A stretch of 64,000 bases of DNA, taken from the IMG/VR virus record IMGVR_UViG_3300034072_000758, positions 186,001-250,000 of that record; one strand, given 5' to 3'. Each line of letters opens with the position of its first letter. Position 1 is the stretch's first letter. This document shows positions 63,474 to 64,000 of this stretch, piece after piece. Position numbers and translations under genes: made by a program. The notes below the pieces were generated by a model. That model saw only the letters and a list, made by a program, of their open reading frames with translations. It had not been told where the DNA came from and did not search any database.

Positions 63474-64000
63474 AGAGTTCGTTTTCGTATTTCGAGAACA
63501 TCTTTTTCGAAATACCGTCGAAGACGACCGCGAGACGATGATACAGCATGTTGTAGAGACGAGTGAGTGGATCATTCAGAACCCACCACAGAGCCGACAC
63601 CGGCCAATAGGCCATCCAAAAAACAACACGACCCTTGTGTTCTTTGATGTTGGGTGGGAAGTCGCCTTCATTGTATTGATAACCAGCCAGACGCTTGAAA
63701 GTTTCCTTGTTGAAAGGCTTACCTTCTTCGGTATAAAGCTTGCGCAAAGCTTCGTACTTGTCACGTTGCTTGAGGCAGTAGAAGAACCACTTGACGATAC
63801 CCCAGAGGATGCCGACGCCGATATAACCGGCGACATAGTAGAGGATGGTCAGTGGATTGTGTGTCACCCATGTGAGCCACTGTTTGTCACCGAAAGCCGC
63901 GAACGCAGCGAAAGTGGCGACCAAAGTAAACAGGGCCATTCCGCTCTTTTCGTTCTCAACGAACGCAATAAGAAGAAGGAAAGGAATGACGGTCGCGGCC
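63472..64000 (-). CDS. multi-pass membrane protein (5' end truncated by the window edge)
   Basis: Frame stays open to 64000; several TM helices, WMAYWP. Confidence 0.7.
   Translation of the reverse strand, partial: AATVIPFLLLIAFVENEKSGMALFTLVATFAAFAAFGDKQWLTWVTHNPLTILYYVAGYIGVGILWGIVKWFFYCLKQRDKYEALRKLYTEEGKPFNKETFKRLAGYQYNEGDFPPNIKEHKGRVVFWMAYWPVSALWWVLNDPLTRLYNMLYHRLAVVFDGISKKMFSKYENEL

Noticed and set aside
1-64000. CRISPR array or diversity-generating retroelement behind the paralogue family
   Set aside because: No regularly spaced direct repeats, no RT gene, and no adenine-specific template/variable repeat pair seen.
1-64000. Prophage, integrase or IS element; cellular chromosome origin
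   Set aside because: No integrase or transposase motifs. gltX, pth2 and kptA are isolated among phage-type ORFs with T4-type late promoters, which fits a phage genome.
1-64000. Stop-codon reassignment (alternative genetic code)
   Set aside because: Recognisable genes (gltX, pth2, kptA, EcoRV) are full length in the standard code, and TAA, TAG and TGA all act as stops at coupled junctions.

Overview
The window looks like a 64-kb accessory region of a large T4-superfamily (jumbo) myophage. It has dense, translationally coupled small ORFs, repeated sigma70-like early promoters (TTGAC[A/T]-N16-18-TAnnnT), T4-type late promoters (ATAAATA), and fragments resembling T4-like portal and tail-sheath proteins. 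The host is possibly an alphaproteobacterium (a weak inference from the GltX sequence and likely leaderless genes). Recognisable genes: KptA/Tpt1, a Mesh1/SpoT-like HD hydrolase, GltX with an extra N-terminal domain, an HD-CoaD fusion, a DEDDh exonuclease, MazG, an EcoRV homologue, an N6-adenine MTase plus PD-(D/E)xK nuclease pair, an M23 peptidase, Pth2, DUF4419, DUF6011, DUF2807, two PadR-like regulators and tRNA-Leu(CAA). The dominant unexplained feature is about 55-60 otherwise divergent ORFs, mostly 100-180 aa, that all end in the same degenerate acidic-then-hydrophobic C-terminal helix (e.g. TDEFLMRVILTCA, LDEEMMLLTLSII, VDELATVMLLLYS). The same tail is also found on unrelated repeat-protein scaffolds. 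A second candidate system is a late-promoter cluster (33.9-40.3 kb) of putative capsid-packaged ADP-ribosyltransferase/peptidase polyproteins with T4-type LxE processing sites. It surrounds an orphan EcoRV gene (no GATATC site found in the window by manual scan) and a candidate structured ncRNA. All family assignments come from motif recognition by eye; no database searches were run.
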